Sequence record: NC_042098.1
Strand: one strand, 5' to 3'
DNA length: 64,000 nt
Shown here piece after piece: positions 18,363 to 27,635 of this stretch. The notes beneath the pieces were generated by a model. That model was not told the DNA's origin, searched no databases, and saw nothing but the letters and a program-made list of their open reading frames with translations. Position numbers and translations under genes: made by a program. Every line of letters starts with the position of its first letter. The stretch's first letter is position 1.

Positions 18363-19091
18363 GTGATGGATATTGATAATAAAAAGATCTTGGGGTTGGT
18401 GTTGAATGACTTCGTGGACATGTACATGCTACAGCTCAACAACAAGAACCGTGATGTCTGCATCAACGAGTTAAACTCGGGGCTGTGTGGTGTAGCGGCC
18501 ATGTGCGTTGGGAATGTCATGCGTGAGCGCTACGGAGCAACTGACATCGACTGGGAGTCACACTGTTTGCACATGTGGCTGGTATTGGATGGCAAACGCT
18601 ACGACACCCTTTATCCGGAAGGTTATGACGTACCGGTGGTAGATGCCTGGTTACTGAAAGAGCAGAAATACAACAGCCATGTCATGGCCGGGGAAAGTGT
18701 CATCGATATTGAAGATAACAGTGGCTATGTGGCGGGTGGTTGGTGGGATTGTCTTTATCTCATCAAAGGCTGGTATGAACGCTACGGTATGGCGCCTCCT
18801 GCTTACGTTAAACGCATGATGACCAATCTACGCGGTAATCATCTCCATCGCCGAGAGCGTCGTGCAGCGCGTCGTTACCAGCTCGTGTTGAAAGCCCCAC
18901 TTCCCTCTTTTACCGATGAAGTGCGCACCAACACCGTATTGCCGATGACCCACTATTGGCACGGTGAGTTCGAAGGTAGCCAAGAGCGTGTTCTGGCGCG
19001 TAAGCCGGGCATGCCGTCCGTGAAGACCTATAAAAGCTTATTGAAGTATTACCGTGAGAAAGGTGTGCCTGTCACGCAGTACTTCTGTTAA
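18363..19091 (+). CDS. putative Cys-His-Asp (papain/transglutaminase-like) protein
   Basis: NSGLCG...HMWL...YDT motif order, shared with 26525..27064. Confidence 0.55.
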   Translation: MMDIDNKKILGLVLNDFVDMYMLQLNNKNRDVCINELNSGLCGVAAMCVGNVMRERYGATDIDWESHCLHMWLVLDGKRYDTLYPEGYDVPVVDAWLLKEQKYNSHVMAGESVIDIEDNSGYVAGGWWDCLYLIKGWYERYGMAPPAYVKRMMTNLRGNHLHRRERRAARRYQLVLKAPLPSFTDEVRTNTVLPMTHYWHGEFEGSQERVLARKPGMPSVKTYKSLLKYYREKGVPVTQYFC

Positions 19092-19240
19092 TCAATCATA
19101 TACGTAAAGGGGTCTGGCGAAAGCCATATCCCTTTTGGTTATGCTGTCTTTTTTTTGGTTAAGAAATACTAGCCTTCTCCATTATATGCAATTTACACGA
19201 TACACTTTTCTATTTATTACATCAGCAAGAGAGATAAGAC

Positions 19241-19384
19241 ATGAGCGCACCTGAAGAATTTGATATGGACGGCCTGGAAGCACTGGATCTGGAAGGCGCT
19301 GAGAAAGCGGCAGAAGAGAAAGCAGCCGGCGGTGGCGAAGCCCTGTCTGATGGCGAAGCAGATTGCGAAGGTTGCAAGATCTAA
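19241..19384 (+). CDS. 47-aa acidic protein ending DCEGCKI (not in the ORF track)
   Basis: MSAPEEFDMDGLEALDLEGAEKAAEEKAAGGGEALSDGEADCEGCKI; purine-rich RBS (aagagag); coding-like codon usage; resembles an NrdA C-terminal tail. Confidence 0.75.
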   Translation: MSAPEEFDMDGLEALDLEGAEKAAEEKAAGGGEALSDGEADCEGCKI

Positions 19385-19410
19385 ATGCCGTGATGTGAAT
19401 CGGGTCTGAT

Positions 19411-19737
19411 ATGGGATCAGTTAACCGAGGAAACATCATGAACATCTATCTTGTCCAACGCAAATCAGAGCCCCGTTACACACCGGATTCATTTATCGCT
19501 GTTGCAGCATCGACCGAAGAGGTGCTGATGATTCACCCTAGCTACTTTCAGGGAAAGAACACGCCTGTGAAGTTCGACGAGGCAATGGCCGCCCTCTGGG
19601 CGAATGAGTTATCCGATAGTCCAATGGATCATCAATGGGTTACCGATAAGAACGAGCTCGAGGTCACCTATCTGGGTCAGGCTGCGATGGAGTTCACCGG
19701 TCCCACGATCATTGAGATGTGGTACGGGTACGCCTGA
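19411..19737 (+). CDS. hypothetical protein (likely start ATG 19438)
   Basis: gagga RBS before MNIYLV; terminator follows. Confidence 0.65.
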   Translation: MGSVNRGNIMNIYLVQRKSEPRYTPDSFIAVAASTEEVLMIHPSYFQGKNTPVKFDEAMAALWANELSDSPMDHQWVTDKNELEVTYLGQAAMEFTGPTIIEMWYGYA

Positions 19738-19814
19738 TCATACGGGGAGGCTTCGGCCTCCCTTTATGCCGGTCGTTATCCTATGACTTGTATTTGGCAG
19801 GTCTGAGGTGACGT

Positions 19815-20426
19815 ATGTTTAAACGTTTCATGTTCTATCTGTTCAGTAAGTTATTTGACCATAAAGGGGAGTACACCATGTCCGAAGCAGTGAAAGATCA
19901 GCAAAGCAATGACGTTAATGCAACCAACGATGTTGAGGTGCAGCCAACACCTGCTGAGACCTCTGCACCGGAACTGGCATCTAACGATGTGGTTGCCGCA
20001 CCGGAAGCCGCAGGCGACGCCCGTCCTGAAGTCCAGGATACGGTAGAGTCGACGCCAGTGGTGATTGAACCGGCTGCAGTTGCTGAACCATCCGCACCTG
20101 CCGTGGCACCTGCTCCTGTTGTTGTACCTGCGGCTGAGCCAGCTCCCGCACCTGTAGCACCGACCACCCCGACCGACAGCGACAAGACTGAAGGCGAGCC
20201 CGATACCAATCGCTTCGACCATCTGGCCAGTACCCTGAAGAGTTTACTTCAGGTAGCCGGTCATGAGCTCGACGAAGCATTTGACGATGCAGTACCTTTG
20301 GCAAAACAGATCGCTTCCAGTGACGAAGAGTTCGGTGACAAGCTGAAAGACATCCTTGTGGTTGTCGGCCGTGAATACGGTGAAGCTTTCCATCATTTCT
20401 TCAGCTATGCGAAGAAGCACATCTAA
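19815..20426 (+). CDS. Pro/Ala-rich protein with a duplicated C-terminal helical module
   Basis: two in-frame starts, each with an RBS (19815 and 19878); PAPA-rich linker. Confidence 0.7.
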   Translation: MFKRFMFYLFSKLFDHKGEYTMSEAVKDQQSNDVNATNDVEVQPTPAETSAPELASNDVVAAPEAAGDARPEVQDTVESTPVVIEPAAVAEPSAPAVAPAPVVVPAAEPAPAPVAPTTPTDSDKTEGEPDTNRFDHLASTLKSLLQVAGHELDEAFDDAVPLAKQIASSDEEFGDKLKDILVVVGREYGEAFHHFFSYAKKHI

Positions 20427-20504
20427 GAAAACAGGGGGCGGGATTTCCTGCCCCTTTTATACCGATTATCTTATAACTGACTTACATCATTAAAGGGTTT
20501 TACC

Positions 20505-21470
20505 ATGACAGTTATTCAGCACGAGGCTATTGGTTATTGCGGGCATGCCATGATGGTGCACCAAATGGAAAAAGATCAAGTAACCATTAAGCAATACGCA
20601 AAGCAGTTGGAAGGTGCCGGGCTGGAGGCGTTTGATACTCCTTCGCACAAACTGGTACTGCAGGGTATGTCCGCTCGCTACGGCGACTACATGAAACTTG
20701 GTTCTGGTCAGGAAGGCTTGGGAACAATGGTTCTGTTGGGAGTGGCTATCGGTGGTGGGGTAGCGGCATACAAGAAATTGATGCTGGCGAAAAACTCTCC
20801 GATTACAAAAGATATCAGTGACGTATTGAGTAAGGTCACTGAAACCTATACCCCGAAATGGCTCGAAGGTAAAACATCGGTTAATAAAGATGTGACTTGC
20901 GGAAAACTGAATAAGTTATTCGGTGGGTCTGAGTTGTCAGTACTTGATACTGCAGCCATCAAATACGCCACTCAAGCTGAACGTGAAGCAAAAGCAGCCG
21001 GAGTATATTTGACAGGTGCGTGGGATAAAATAAAACCTCTGTTGGAGCGGTGGAAGAAAGCTGGTGAAGGGGAGGAGGATGAAGTCATCGAGTTAATGAC
21101 TGATCTATACCCAGAGCCACCTTACTCTACTATGCCTGTTATTCACGCCAATACCCCTGGCGGTAAAGGTGAAAAAGTTAAAGCTCTCTCAGAGGCTGAA
21201 TACCCTAAAGCAGTTGCGTTATTGAAAGCACTCCTGAAAGCCGCCGAAGAAGTCGACGGGATGTCTTATGATATTGCCAATAGCGTTGGATTTAAAGATC
21301 ACTGGTACGAGGGTATCCCGACCGATAAACGTGGCGAGGAGCACGCATTCCAATACGGACACTACCGCTACTACCTTGACCATTATGGTGTAAAGACATG
21401 GAGTCAACACGAAGCATTGATCAATGCTGCCCGCGGTGTCGAGGAATGGATCACCAAGTCATTTAAGTAA
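20505..21470 (+). CDS. putative virion (internal head) protein
   Basis: GLEA/GQEG motifs near the N-terminus resemble phiKZ-type maturation sites; isolated transcription unit. Confidence 0.45.
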   Translation: MTVIQHEAIGYCGHAMMVHQMEKDQVTIKQYAKQLEGAGLEAFDTPSHKLVLQGMSARYGDYMKLGSGQEGLGTMVLLGVAIGGGVAAYKKLMLAKNSPITKDISDVLSKVTETYTPKWLEGKTSVNKDVTCGKLNKLFGGSELSVLDTAAIKYATQAEREAKAAGVYLTGAWDKIKPLLERWKKAGEGEEDEVIELMTDLYPEPPYSTMPVIHANTPGGKGEKVKALSEAEYPKAVALLKALLKAAEEVDGMSYDIANSVGFKDHWYEGIPTDKRGEEHAFQYGHYRYYLDHYGVKTWSQHEALINAARGVEEWITKSFK

Positions 21471-21554
21471 TCGCTACGAGGGGAGGTGTGATCACTCCCC
21501 TTTTATGCCGGGCGAGGAATCGTATAGGTGCTTTTGCCAACGAGGAATCTTATC

Positions 21555-22337
21555 GTGTTTGAAATGCTTTTAGGCGGTAGTCCGAACGGGAACTTGCCAT
21601 TTGGGCAGTTGTTAGCCAAAACAACAACAGACTTTACAGTCCCTGCCGGAGTGACCGATATTTCCGGTGTTGCTATCGGTGGCGGCGGCGGGAACTCACG
21701 CGGCAATACCATTGGTGGGTCAGGGGGTGATTTGCGCTGGCGGAATCACATTGCCGTTATTCCAGGTGAAGTGCTGTCACTTATTACCGGTGTGGTAACA
21801 GCGGCTGGTAAACCGGGCACCTCCAGTAAGATCATCCGTAAGTCAACCGGCGAAGTATTACTGATCGCTAAAGGCGGTGACTCCACCGATGTATCAACGC
21901 CGATCAATGGAGCTGATATAGGTGGAGGGAACGGCGGTGTTGGCACCAATCCATCAGGTGGTGGAGCTGGCGGGTATACCGGCAATGGCGGTAAAGGTGG
22001 TTCAGCTGCCGATGTTGACTCTGGCGGTGGTGGCGGTGGTAGCTCTTATACCTTCAGCGGAAACAGTTTTGGTTGTGGCGGTGGGGGCATCTACCCTAAC
22101 GGCAAAGGCGCTGATGGTGGTGCGCCGCCTGTCAATACCGGCAGTCAGGCATTTGGTGGCAGAGGGGGTTCTGGTGGTAATCCTGGTCAAAACACGAATG
22201 GGGGCTTATACGGCGGTGGTGCTGGCGCACCCATTAGGATAACCTATGCAACAACAGGGACTGCTGGCTGCATCCGACTCATTTGGGGTTCAGGTCGCGC
22301 CTTCCCAGCTACGAAGACTGCAGATATTACAGCTTAA
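21555..22337 (+). CDS. glycine-rich putative tail-associated protein (GTG start, MFEMLL)
   Basis: gagga RBS before GTG 21555; FTVPAGV..GGGGG..GG.LRW..V.PGE.L; ends RLIWG.GR.FP. Confidence 0.7.
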   Translation: MFEMLLGGSPNGNLPFGQLLAKTTTDFTVPAGVTDISGVAIGGGGGNSRGNTIGGSGGDLRWRNHIAVIPGEVLSLITGVVTAAGKPGTSSKIIRKSTGEVLLIAKGGDSTDVSTPINGADIGGGNGGVGTNPSGGGAGGYTGNGGKGGSAADVDSGGGGGGSSYTFSGNSFGCGGGGIYPNGKGADGGAPPVNTGSQAFGGRGGSGGNPGQNTNGGLYGGGAGAPIRITYATTGTAGCIRLIWGSGRAFPATKTADITA

Positions 22338-22346
22338 GGACTGATC

Positions 22347-22952
22347 ATGTTTGAAATGTTATTTTGCGGCAAGCCAGCATCAGTTGGCGGCCAACAACTC
22401 TTCACTACTGCCGGTACCTTTAGCTTTGTAGTCCCGGCGGGGATTACTGAGCTCGACGCCTATACTCAAGGTGGTGGCGGTGGTGGCGGTAATGGTAACC
22501 CAGGTGTATACAAAGGAGCGTCAGGCGGCTCTGGCAAAGTAGGTGCTAACGGTTATCTGAACAATATTTCAGTTACACCCGGTGAAACACTGACCGTTAT
22601 TGTTGGTGCTGCAGGTGCGGCATTAAAAGCTGGGGAGGCGACCCAATTACTTCGTGGCAGTAACGTGTTACTTGCTGTAGCGGGTGGGGCCGCAGGTGTT
22701 ACAGCAACTGGCACAAGCAGTTCTGAGAACAACCTAGGCACTAGCGGTACCGCGGCACCAACGATTCCAGGTAATACCACAACCTACCCTGCTGCAAACA
22801 AACGCCCTGGAAGTGGTGGTAACGGTGGTGCGGGGCGTTACAACGGCGGGGGTGGCATAGTGACCGGACCAGGTATCGCAGGTGGCTGCCGCCTGATGTG
22901 GGGTAAAGATCGCGATTACCCATCAACAGGCGTAGCTGACGTCAAGATGTAA
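22347..22952 (+). CDS. glycine-rich putative tail-associated protein
   Basis: paralogue of 21555..22337 (FVVPAGI, VTPGETL, RLMWGKDRDYP). Confidence 0.7.
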   Translation: MFEMLFCGKPASVGGQQLFTTAGTFSFVVPAGITELDAYTQGGGGGGGNGNPGVYKGASGGSGKVGANGYLNNISVTPGETLTVIVGAAGAALKAGEATQLLRGSNVLLAVAGGAAGVTATGTSSSENNLGTSGTAAPTIPGNTTTYPAANKRPGSGGNGGAGRYNGGGGIVTGPGIAGGCRLMWGKDRDYPSTGVADVKM

Positions 22953-23004
22953 ATATGTAAATACTCGCTTTCTTATATAACCCTTCCCTCATTGAGATTG
23001 AATT

Positions 23005-23583
23005 ATGGCCAAGATGACTTTCTATTACGCTTCGATGAACGCCGGAAAATCCACCGCATGCATCCAAGCAGGTTACAACTATTTAGAACGCGGACTGCGG
23101 GCCTTGATGATCAAGCCTGAAGTTGATAACCGCGATGACACAGATAAAGTCAGCTCGCGTGTCGGTCTCAGTGCGAAGGCGGTTGTTTTTGACAGTGAGG
23201 TTAATCTAACCGAACTGGTATTACACCAGATGAAGACTTCCAAGGTCTCGGTGGTATTGGTTGATGAAGCGCAGTTCCTGACACCGGATCAAGTCAAAGA
23301 GCTCAGTGACATCGCCGACTTCGAAGACATCCCCGTGGTCTGCTATGGTTTGCGTACCGATTTCCAAGGTGAACTCTTTCCTGGGTCTGCAGCCTTAATG
23401 GCTCGCTCAGATCGCCTTAAAGAACTGATCGGTGTTTGCCATTGTGGCAAGACAGCTCACTTCGTACTGCGTCGTGATGACAAAGGTCAGGTGGTGAAAG
23501 AAGGCGAGCAAATCCTGATTGGCGGGAATGACCGCTATGAAGCAGTGTGTCGCAAGCACCATCGCGTGGCCATGCTGAGTTAA
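23005..23583 (+). CDS. tdk: thymidine kinase
   Basis: MNAGKS, VDEAQFL, YGLRTDF.G.LF.GS, IGGN.RY and the CRKH zinc site. Confidence 0.96.
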   Translation: MAKMTFYYASMNAGKSTACIQAGYNYLERGLRALMIKPEVDNRDDTDKVSSRVGLSAKAVVFDSEVNLTELVLHQMKTSKVSVVLVDEAQFLTPDQVKELSDIADFEDIPVVCYGLRTDFQGELFPGSAALMARSDRLKELIGVCHCGKTAHFVLRRDDKGQVVKEGEQILIGGNDRYEAVCRKHHRVAMLS

Positions 23584-23598
23584 GCCTAAGAGGTAGGT

Positions 23599-24315
23599 AT
23601 GTTAGAAATGATAATGGCGATGCCAAAGGCGTTGATACCTAAAGCCGGTCAGCCGCTGATGGGATTTAACTTTGACCAGGCTAAAAGTATTAGCGCACCG
23701 AGTGCAACAGCATACTCCGGCGGGACGATTGAAACACTTAGCGCCAGTAACGCCCTTGCGGGATATAACCGTAGCTTGCGTTGTAATGGTACGGTGACCA
23801 ACGTTACCCCGCTGAGCGCATTATCAACCCTCGGGCTGGGTGATTTCGCCTTAGAGTGTTACGCCTGGATGACCACAATTCCCAGTACCTATTTCCAACT
23901 CTTCCTGCTTCAGTTCGCTAACGGCAAATATCTCACCATCCGTGTGGGTGATGGCGGGTACGGTCAGCGCATGCAGGTGGGGATCGATTTAGGCAATGGC
24001 GGTAACTACTGCAGTAGCAAGACTGGCCCTTCATTGCGTAACGGCTGGCATCATTATGCTTTTGTGCGTAAAGCCGGGAAGTGTCGCTTCTTCATTGATG
24101 GCCAGCTTCAGTTACTGGCGCTGGGTACTAGCACCACCTTTAACCTCACTGAGTTTAACGGGAACTTTGATCTGTCGGGTAATTTGAGTTCGTTCGCTAT
24201 TGGTAAAGCCAACTCCGGCGCGGGTGATATGTATATGCCGGAATTCCTCTTGTCCAATACCGCACGCTATCAAGAAACCTTTACACCACCTCCCGGCCCT
24301 ATCTACCGCCCGTGA
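23599..24315 (+). CDS. concanavalin A-like (LamG) lectin-domain protein, putative virion protein
   Basis: GDFALECY, WHHYAFVRK.G..RFFIDG, SNTARY..FTPP. Confidence 0.75.
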   Translation: MLEMIMAMPKALIPKAGQPLMGFNFDQAKSISAPSATAYSGGTIETLSASNALAGYNRSLRCNGTVTNVTPLSALSTLGLGDFALECYAWMTTIPSTYFQLFLLQFANGKYLTIRVGDGGYGQRMQVGIDLGNGGNYCSSKTGPSLRNGWHHYAFVRKAGKCRFFIDGQLQLLALGTSTTFNLTEFNGNFDLSGNLSSFAIGKANSGAGDMYMPEFLLSNTARYQETFTPPPGPIYRP

Positions 24316-24365
24316 CATTCTGCCAGGGTTTGTCCCTGGCTTTATGCCGTCCAAAGTATCTCAGT

Positions 24366-24384
24366 CCTACATTACCCTTGTGTA
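24366..24384 (+). promoter_or_regulatory. putative early promoter
   Basis: CCTACATTAC-cctt-GTGTA, just after a TTATGCCG terminator. Confidence 0.65.
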
Positions 24385-24437
24385 GAAAACAACATTGTTA
24401 ACTTAACCTATAGTGTTTTAGCTGGGAGGTTTTTAAG

Positions 24438-24800
24438 ATGAATCACTTATTATTGGATGTGACAGAGAACGTCGCACCGATCACTCGCCAGTTTACCAAC
24501 ACTGATTGGGATGGCATCTTGCGTGATGTTAGCTTGTACATCATGCGCCTTTACTGTGCCTCCCAAGTACTTGGCGAACATATTCCTCATAACCCTGCGG
24601 CGCACTTAAAGGACATTCAGTGGCGCTATGGCTTTGACCCGAATGACGGGTCGGTCTCGGTAGAGTTTGTGAAACTGTATAAATGCCTGAGTGATACCAT
24701 CGGGCTTTATGTGACACAGACCAACCCCACTAAACTGTTAACCGTAGTACGTGTTTCAACGGCTAACAATATTTTTCAACTGCACTTAGGATATGCCTGA
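24438..24800 (+). CDS. hypothetical protein
   Basis: ggagg RBS; stop overlaps the hslU-like start. Confidence 0.65.
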   Translation: MNHLLLDVTENVAPITRQFTNTDWDGILRDVSLYIMRLYCASQVLGEHIPHNPAAHLKDIQWRYGFDPNDGSVSVEFVKLYKCLSDTIGLYVTQTNPTKLLTVVRVSTANNIFQLHLGYA

Positions 24801-26509
24801 TGTCATCATTAACCACCAATGAAGTTGTTGAGCATTTAGACCAGTATGTTATTGGTCAGCTGGATGCCAAACGGGCGATCGCACTGGCGTATCGTGAACG
24901 AAGCTTGAAAGCGGAAAACAGCGGAGAAGGCTGGCGTTACATTACCCCCTCTAACATCATGATGGTCGGGCCGTCAGGCAGCGGTAAGACGGAACTGGCT
25001 AAGCAGTTAGCGGACATGACCAACTCACCTTTTGTGAAGTGCGAAATCACCGAGTTCACACAAGTCGGTTACTACGGGCGTGACGTTAAAACCATTCTGA
25101 CTGATCTGTTGAAAGAGGCCATTCGGATTGCCCCGGAGATCTGGCGGAAAGAAAACAAACCAAAACTCAGTAAAGCGAACCGCGACCTGTTGGCACTGAT
25201 GCTCAAAGACCCGGAAACGTTGGATGCCTTTGCTAAAGCGTTGAACATCACTGCTGATAAATGCACCGTGCCGTTTGTGGAAGAGAAACTCCTCAACGGC
25301 ACCACCCTGCGTAAGCTCAATGTGCGTTATGGTTGGCGGGCAAATCCTTTATTGGCAGCCATCGATAAACGGGCGGATAAACCGGAGAAGGGAGAAGAAG
25401 AGCCACCAATGGAAGATGCGGCGGCGTGGACACAGTGGTATGTCCGCACCAAGATGAACTTTAGCAAGCTCGGGTATTCAGGCACTGAAGACAGTCTGGT
25501 GAAAGAAGCTGCCCGCGTGTTAGAAGCGATTCCTATTAAGGATAAGATGGAGCCCGTGCTGATTGAGGTGATTGGCGAAACCCTTAATGAGAAACGCAAA
25601 AAGATCATCGCTGCCCGCGGCGCCAGTCAGCCGAAACTGATTCGTCTGCTGCTGGATGAGAAAGACTACAAAGTCCTGTGCCGTAAGCTACTGGAAACAA
25701 TGGGTTCCCGACTGTGGATGAAGCTTGACACTATCATCGATATCGGTGATGCGCTGAATCAAAGCAAGAACCCACCGCCGGACTTCATTGTTAAACTGGT
25801 TGAAGAACGTGGCATTGTCTTCATTGATGAGTTCGACAAGATCTTCCTCGACAGCCGGGGCGAGAACGTCGGTAACATGGGTGTAGTGCGTGACCTGATG
25901 CCTTACCTTGATGGGGTCGTGACTGAAGTCTCTACGGTCAATGAACGTGAACGGGGTGGTGGGTTATTTGGTGAACGGAACGAGAAGTACATCATCAATA
26001 CCGCTAATATCCTCTGGATCGCATCAGGTGCGTTTCATCTCGCTAAGGTGAGTGATGTGCCCGCTGAGATCTTAGGACGTCTCCCTGTGCATGTGAAGCT
26101 CAATCGCTTGACTGCAGACGATCTGGAAAAGGTACTCATCAAACCCCACGGGTCGATCATTGCGGGCGTCACGCTACTGATGTCAGCGGAAGGAGCTGAG
26201 TTCGTTATTGATGCTGCTGCGATTCGTGCCATTGCTGATCTGGCCTATGAGTGCAATACCGTCGGTGAGGATACCGGGGCACGTCGTCTGAAAGGCGTCT
26301 GCTTTGAGTTGTTCCGCGACATGCTCTATGGCGCATCCAACCTATTACCTGACCAAAAGAAAGTGCACTTCACCGCAGAGCAAGTAATGGCTGAGCGTGA
26401 ACGCATTCTGGCGACTGTTGAACGCCGTAAAGAAAAACCCAAAGAAACCGACCCTGCTCAGCGCTTTGCAAAAGCCATGAAAGAGCTTGGGGCTTTGGTT
26501 AACAATTAA
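24800..26509 (+). CDS. hslU: HslU-like AAA+ ATPase
   Basis: IGQ.DAKRA, NIMMVGPSGSGKTE, VGYYGRDV, IVFIDEFDKI, GARRL. Confidence 0.88.
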   Translation: MSSLTTNEVVEHLDQYVIGQLDAKRAIALAYRERSLKAENSGEGWRYITPSNIMMVGPSGSGKTELAKQLADMTNSPFVKCEITEFTQVGYYGRDVKTILTDLLKEAIRIAPEIWRKENKPKLSKANRDLLALMLKDPETLDAFAKALNITADKCTVPFVEEKLLNGTTLRKLNVRYGWRANPLLAAIDKRADKPEKGEEEPPMEDAAAWTQWYVRTKMNFSKLGYSGTEDSLVKEAARVLEAIPIKDKMEPVLIEVIGETLNEKRKKIIAARGASQPKLIRLLLDEKDYKVLCRKLLETMGSRLWMKLDTIIDIGDALNQSKNPPPDFIVKLVEERGIVFIDEFDKIFLDSRGENVGNMGVVRDLMPYLDGVVTEVSTVNERERGGGLFGERNEKYIINTANILWIASGAFHLAKVSDVPAEILGRLPVHVKLNRLTADDLEKVLIKPHGSIIAGVTLLMSAEGAEFVIDAAAIRAIADLAYECNTVGEDTGARRLKGVCFELFRDMLYGASNLLPDQKKVHFTAEQVMAERERILATVERRKEKPKETDPAQRFAKAMKELGALVNN

Positions 26510-26524
26510 CCCTCTGGAGTTGTC

Positions 26525-27064
26525 ATGGACCACAATACCGCTCTTTGTACGTTAAACCCGAAAGTCTTGATTCAGAATGAGTTGTATCGCTTCATTCGTC
26601 TGTACGCTTTGTTTAATGGCTTGGATGTCCACGATGTGAAAGCAATAACCAAGAAGATCAATTCTGGCGATTGTGGTCTGGCGGCAATTACCGTGCACCA
26701 CCTGCTAAAAGAAAAGTACAAACTGGATACGGATATCCTGATGTGTCGTAATCACTGCTGGCTGGCTTATCACGAAGGTGAATACGACACGGCCTTTCCC
26801 AGCGGCTACACGAAACGGGTGGTGGAGGTCTGGGATGGAAGCCCGGATGAGCCTGTCCACTATTTAACCTTTCAGGAAGCGTGTGATGAATGGATGCCGA
26901 TGGATGTCAAAGGGGCTTACATTGTGAAAGCCTTCTGTGCCATCACGTGGACACAGTTTCCCAAAGAGCTTCAGCATTGCTTAGACAATGCGGACGAATA
27001 TGAGATGCCGGGTATTGCAGCGCAGTACGAGGCGAAATGTAAATTTGTCACTGACAACATGTAG
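26525..27064 (+). CDS. putative Cys-His-Asp (papain/transglutaminase-like) protein
   Basis: NSGDCG...HCWL...YDT; paralogue of 18363..19091. Confidence 0.55.
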   Translation: MDHNTALCTLNPKVLIQNELYRFIRLYALFNGLDVHDVKAITKKINSGDCGLAAITVHHLLKEKYKLDTDILMCRNHCWLAYHEGEYDTAFPSGYTKRVVEVWDGSPDEPVHYLTFQEACDEWMPMDVKGAYIVKAFCAITWTQFPKELQHCLDNADEYEMPGIAAQYEAKCKFVTDNM

Positions 27065-27611
27065 GTGGATTATGTCTGACGTTATCGTTATTCCTCGTTT
27101 AAGTGTAGTAAAAGGCGGATCGTATCAGCAGGTCAGTGGCGGTGTGTTGGCGCAGCTGCGACTTATCCTTGGGCCGGATATCCGCAACGTTATACTGCAT
27201 GGCGCCCAGCGCAGTCATGCTAAGTTGTTAGTGGATGCACTGCGGGCAGAGTACGAGCCCTTTGGTGTGACGCTGCAGTTCAATGCCAAGCCGTTGTATG
27301 ACACGCTGGACATCAGCTGGCCAGACAGTGATGCGGTGACAATCCTAACCCTTCGCCCTGAAGAGTTTGATGTCGAAGCGCCGTTACGTCTGAGTCACGA
27401 TACCCACATCGTGGTTATCAGCACCAAACCGATACTGACCACCCAACTGCTCAATCTCTACGACCATGCTGTCATGAGCGGTGTGCACGTTACATTGTTC
27501 ACCACCGGGTATGTTCCAGCTGGGATCGTGTTGCTTGAGCCGTTGGAAGGGTTTGTTTATCAACCGATGATTGACAACGTCATCAAGACGCGAGCGATGG
27601 CGCACGTGTAA
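26988..27611 (+). CDS. hypothetical protein (likely start ATG ~27072, MSDVIV)
   Basis: aggtgg RBS before MSDV. Confidence 0.6.
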   Translation: MRTNMRCRVLQRSTRRNVNLSLTTCRWIMSDVIVIPRLSVVKGGSYQQVSGGVLAQLRLILGPDIRNVILHGAQRSHAKLLVDALRAEYEPFGVTLQFNAKPLYDTLDISWPDSDAVTILTLRPEEFDVEAPLRLSHDTHIVVISTKPILTTQLLNLYDHAVMSGVHVTLFTTGYVPAGIVLLEPLEGFVYQPMIDNVIKTRAMAHV

Positions 27612-27635
27612 TTGGCGACATAATCTGCTGTTTAT

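Noticed and set aside
19182-19445. 87-aa minus-strand ORF in the track
   Set aside because: Antisense shadow of the + strand 47-aa gene, which has the RBS and coding-like codon usage
21950-22230. Recurrent ggtggc/ggcggt short repeats (also 34500-34900 and 63600-63730)
   Set aside because: They encode Gly-rich or Arg-rich protein segments; no constant repeat-spacer period, so not a CRISPR array or VNTR locus
24438-24800. Candidate hslV upstream of hslU
   Set aside because: No N-terminal Thr nucleophile or Ntn-hydrolase motifs
4515-27611. Possible degenerate P-loop NTPase folds in 4515, 17147 and 27072
   Set aside because: No intact Walker A or B motifs; resemblance too weak to call without profile searches
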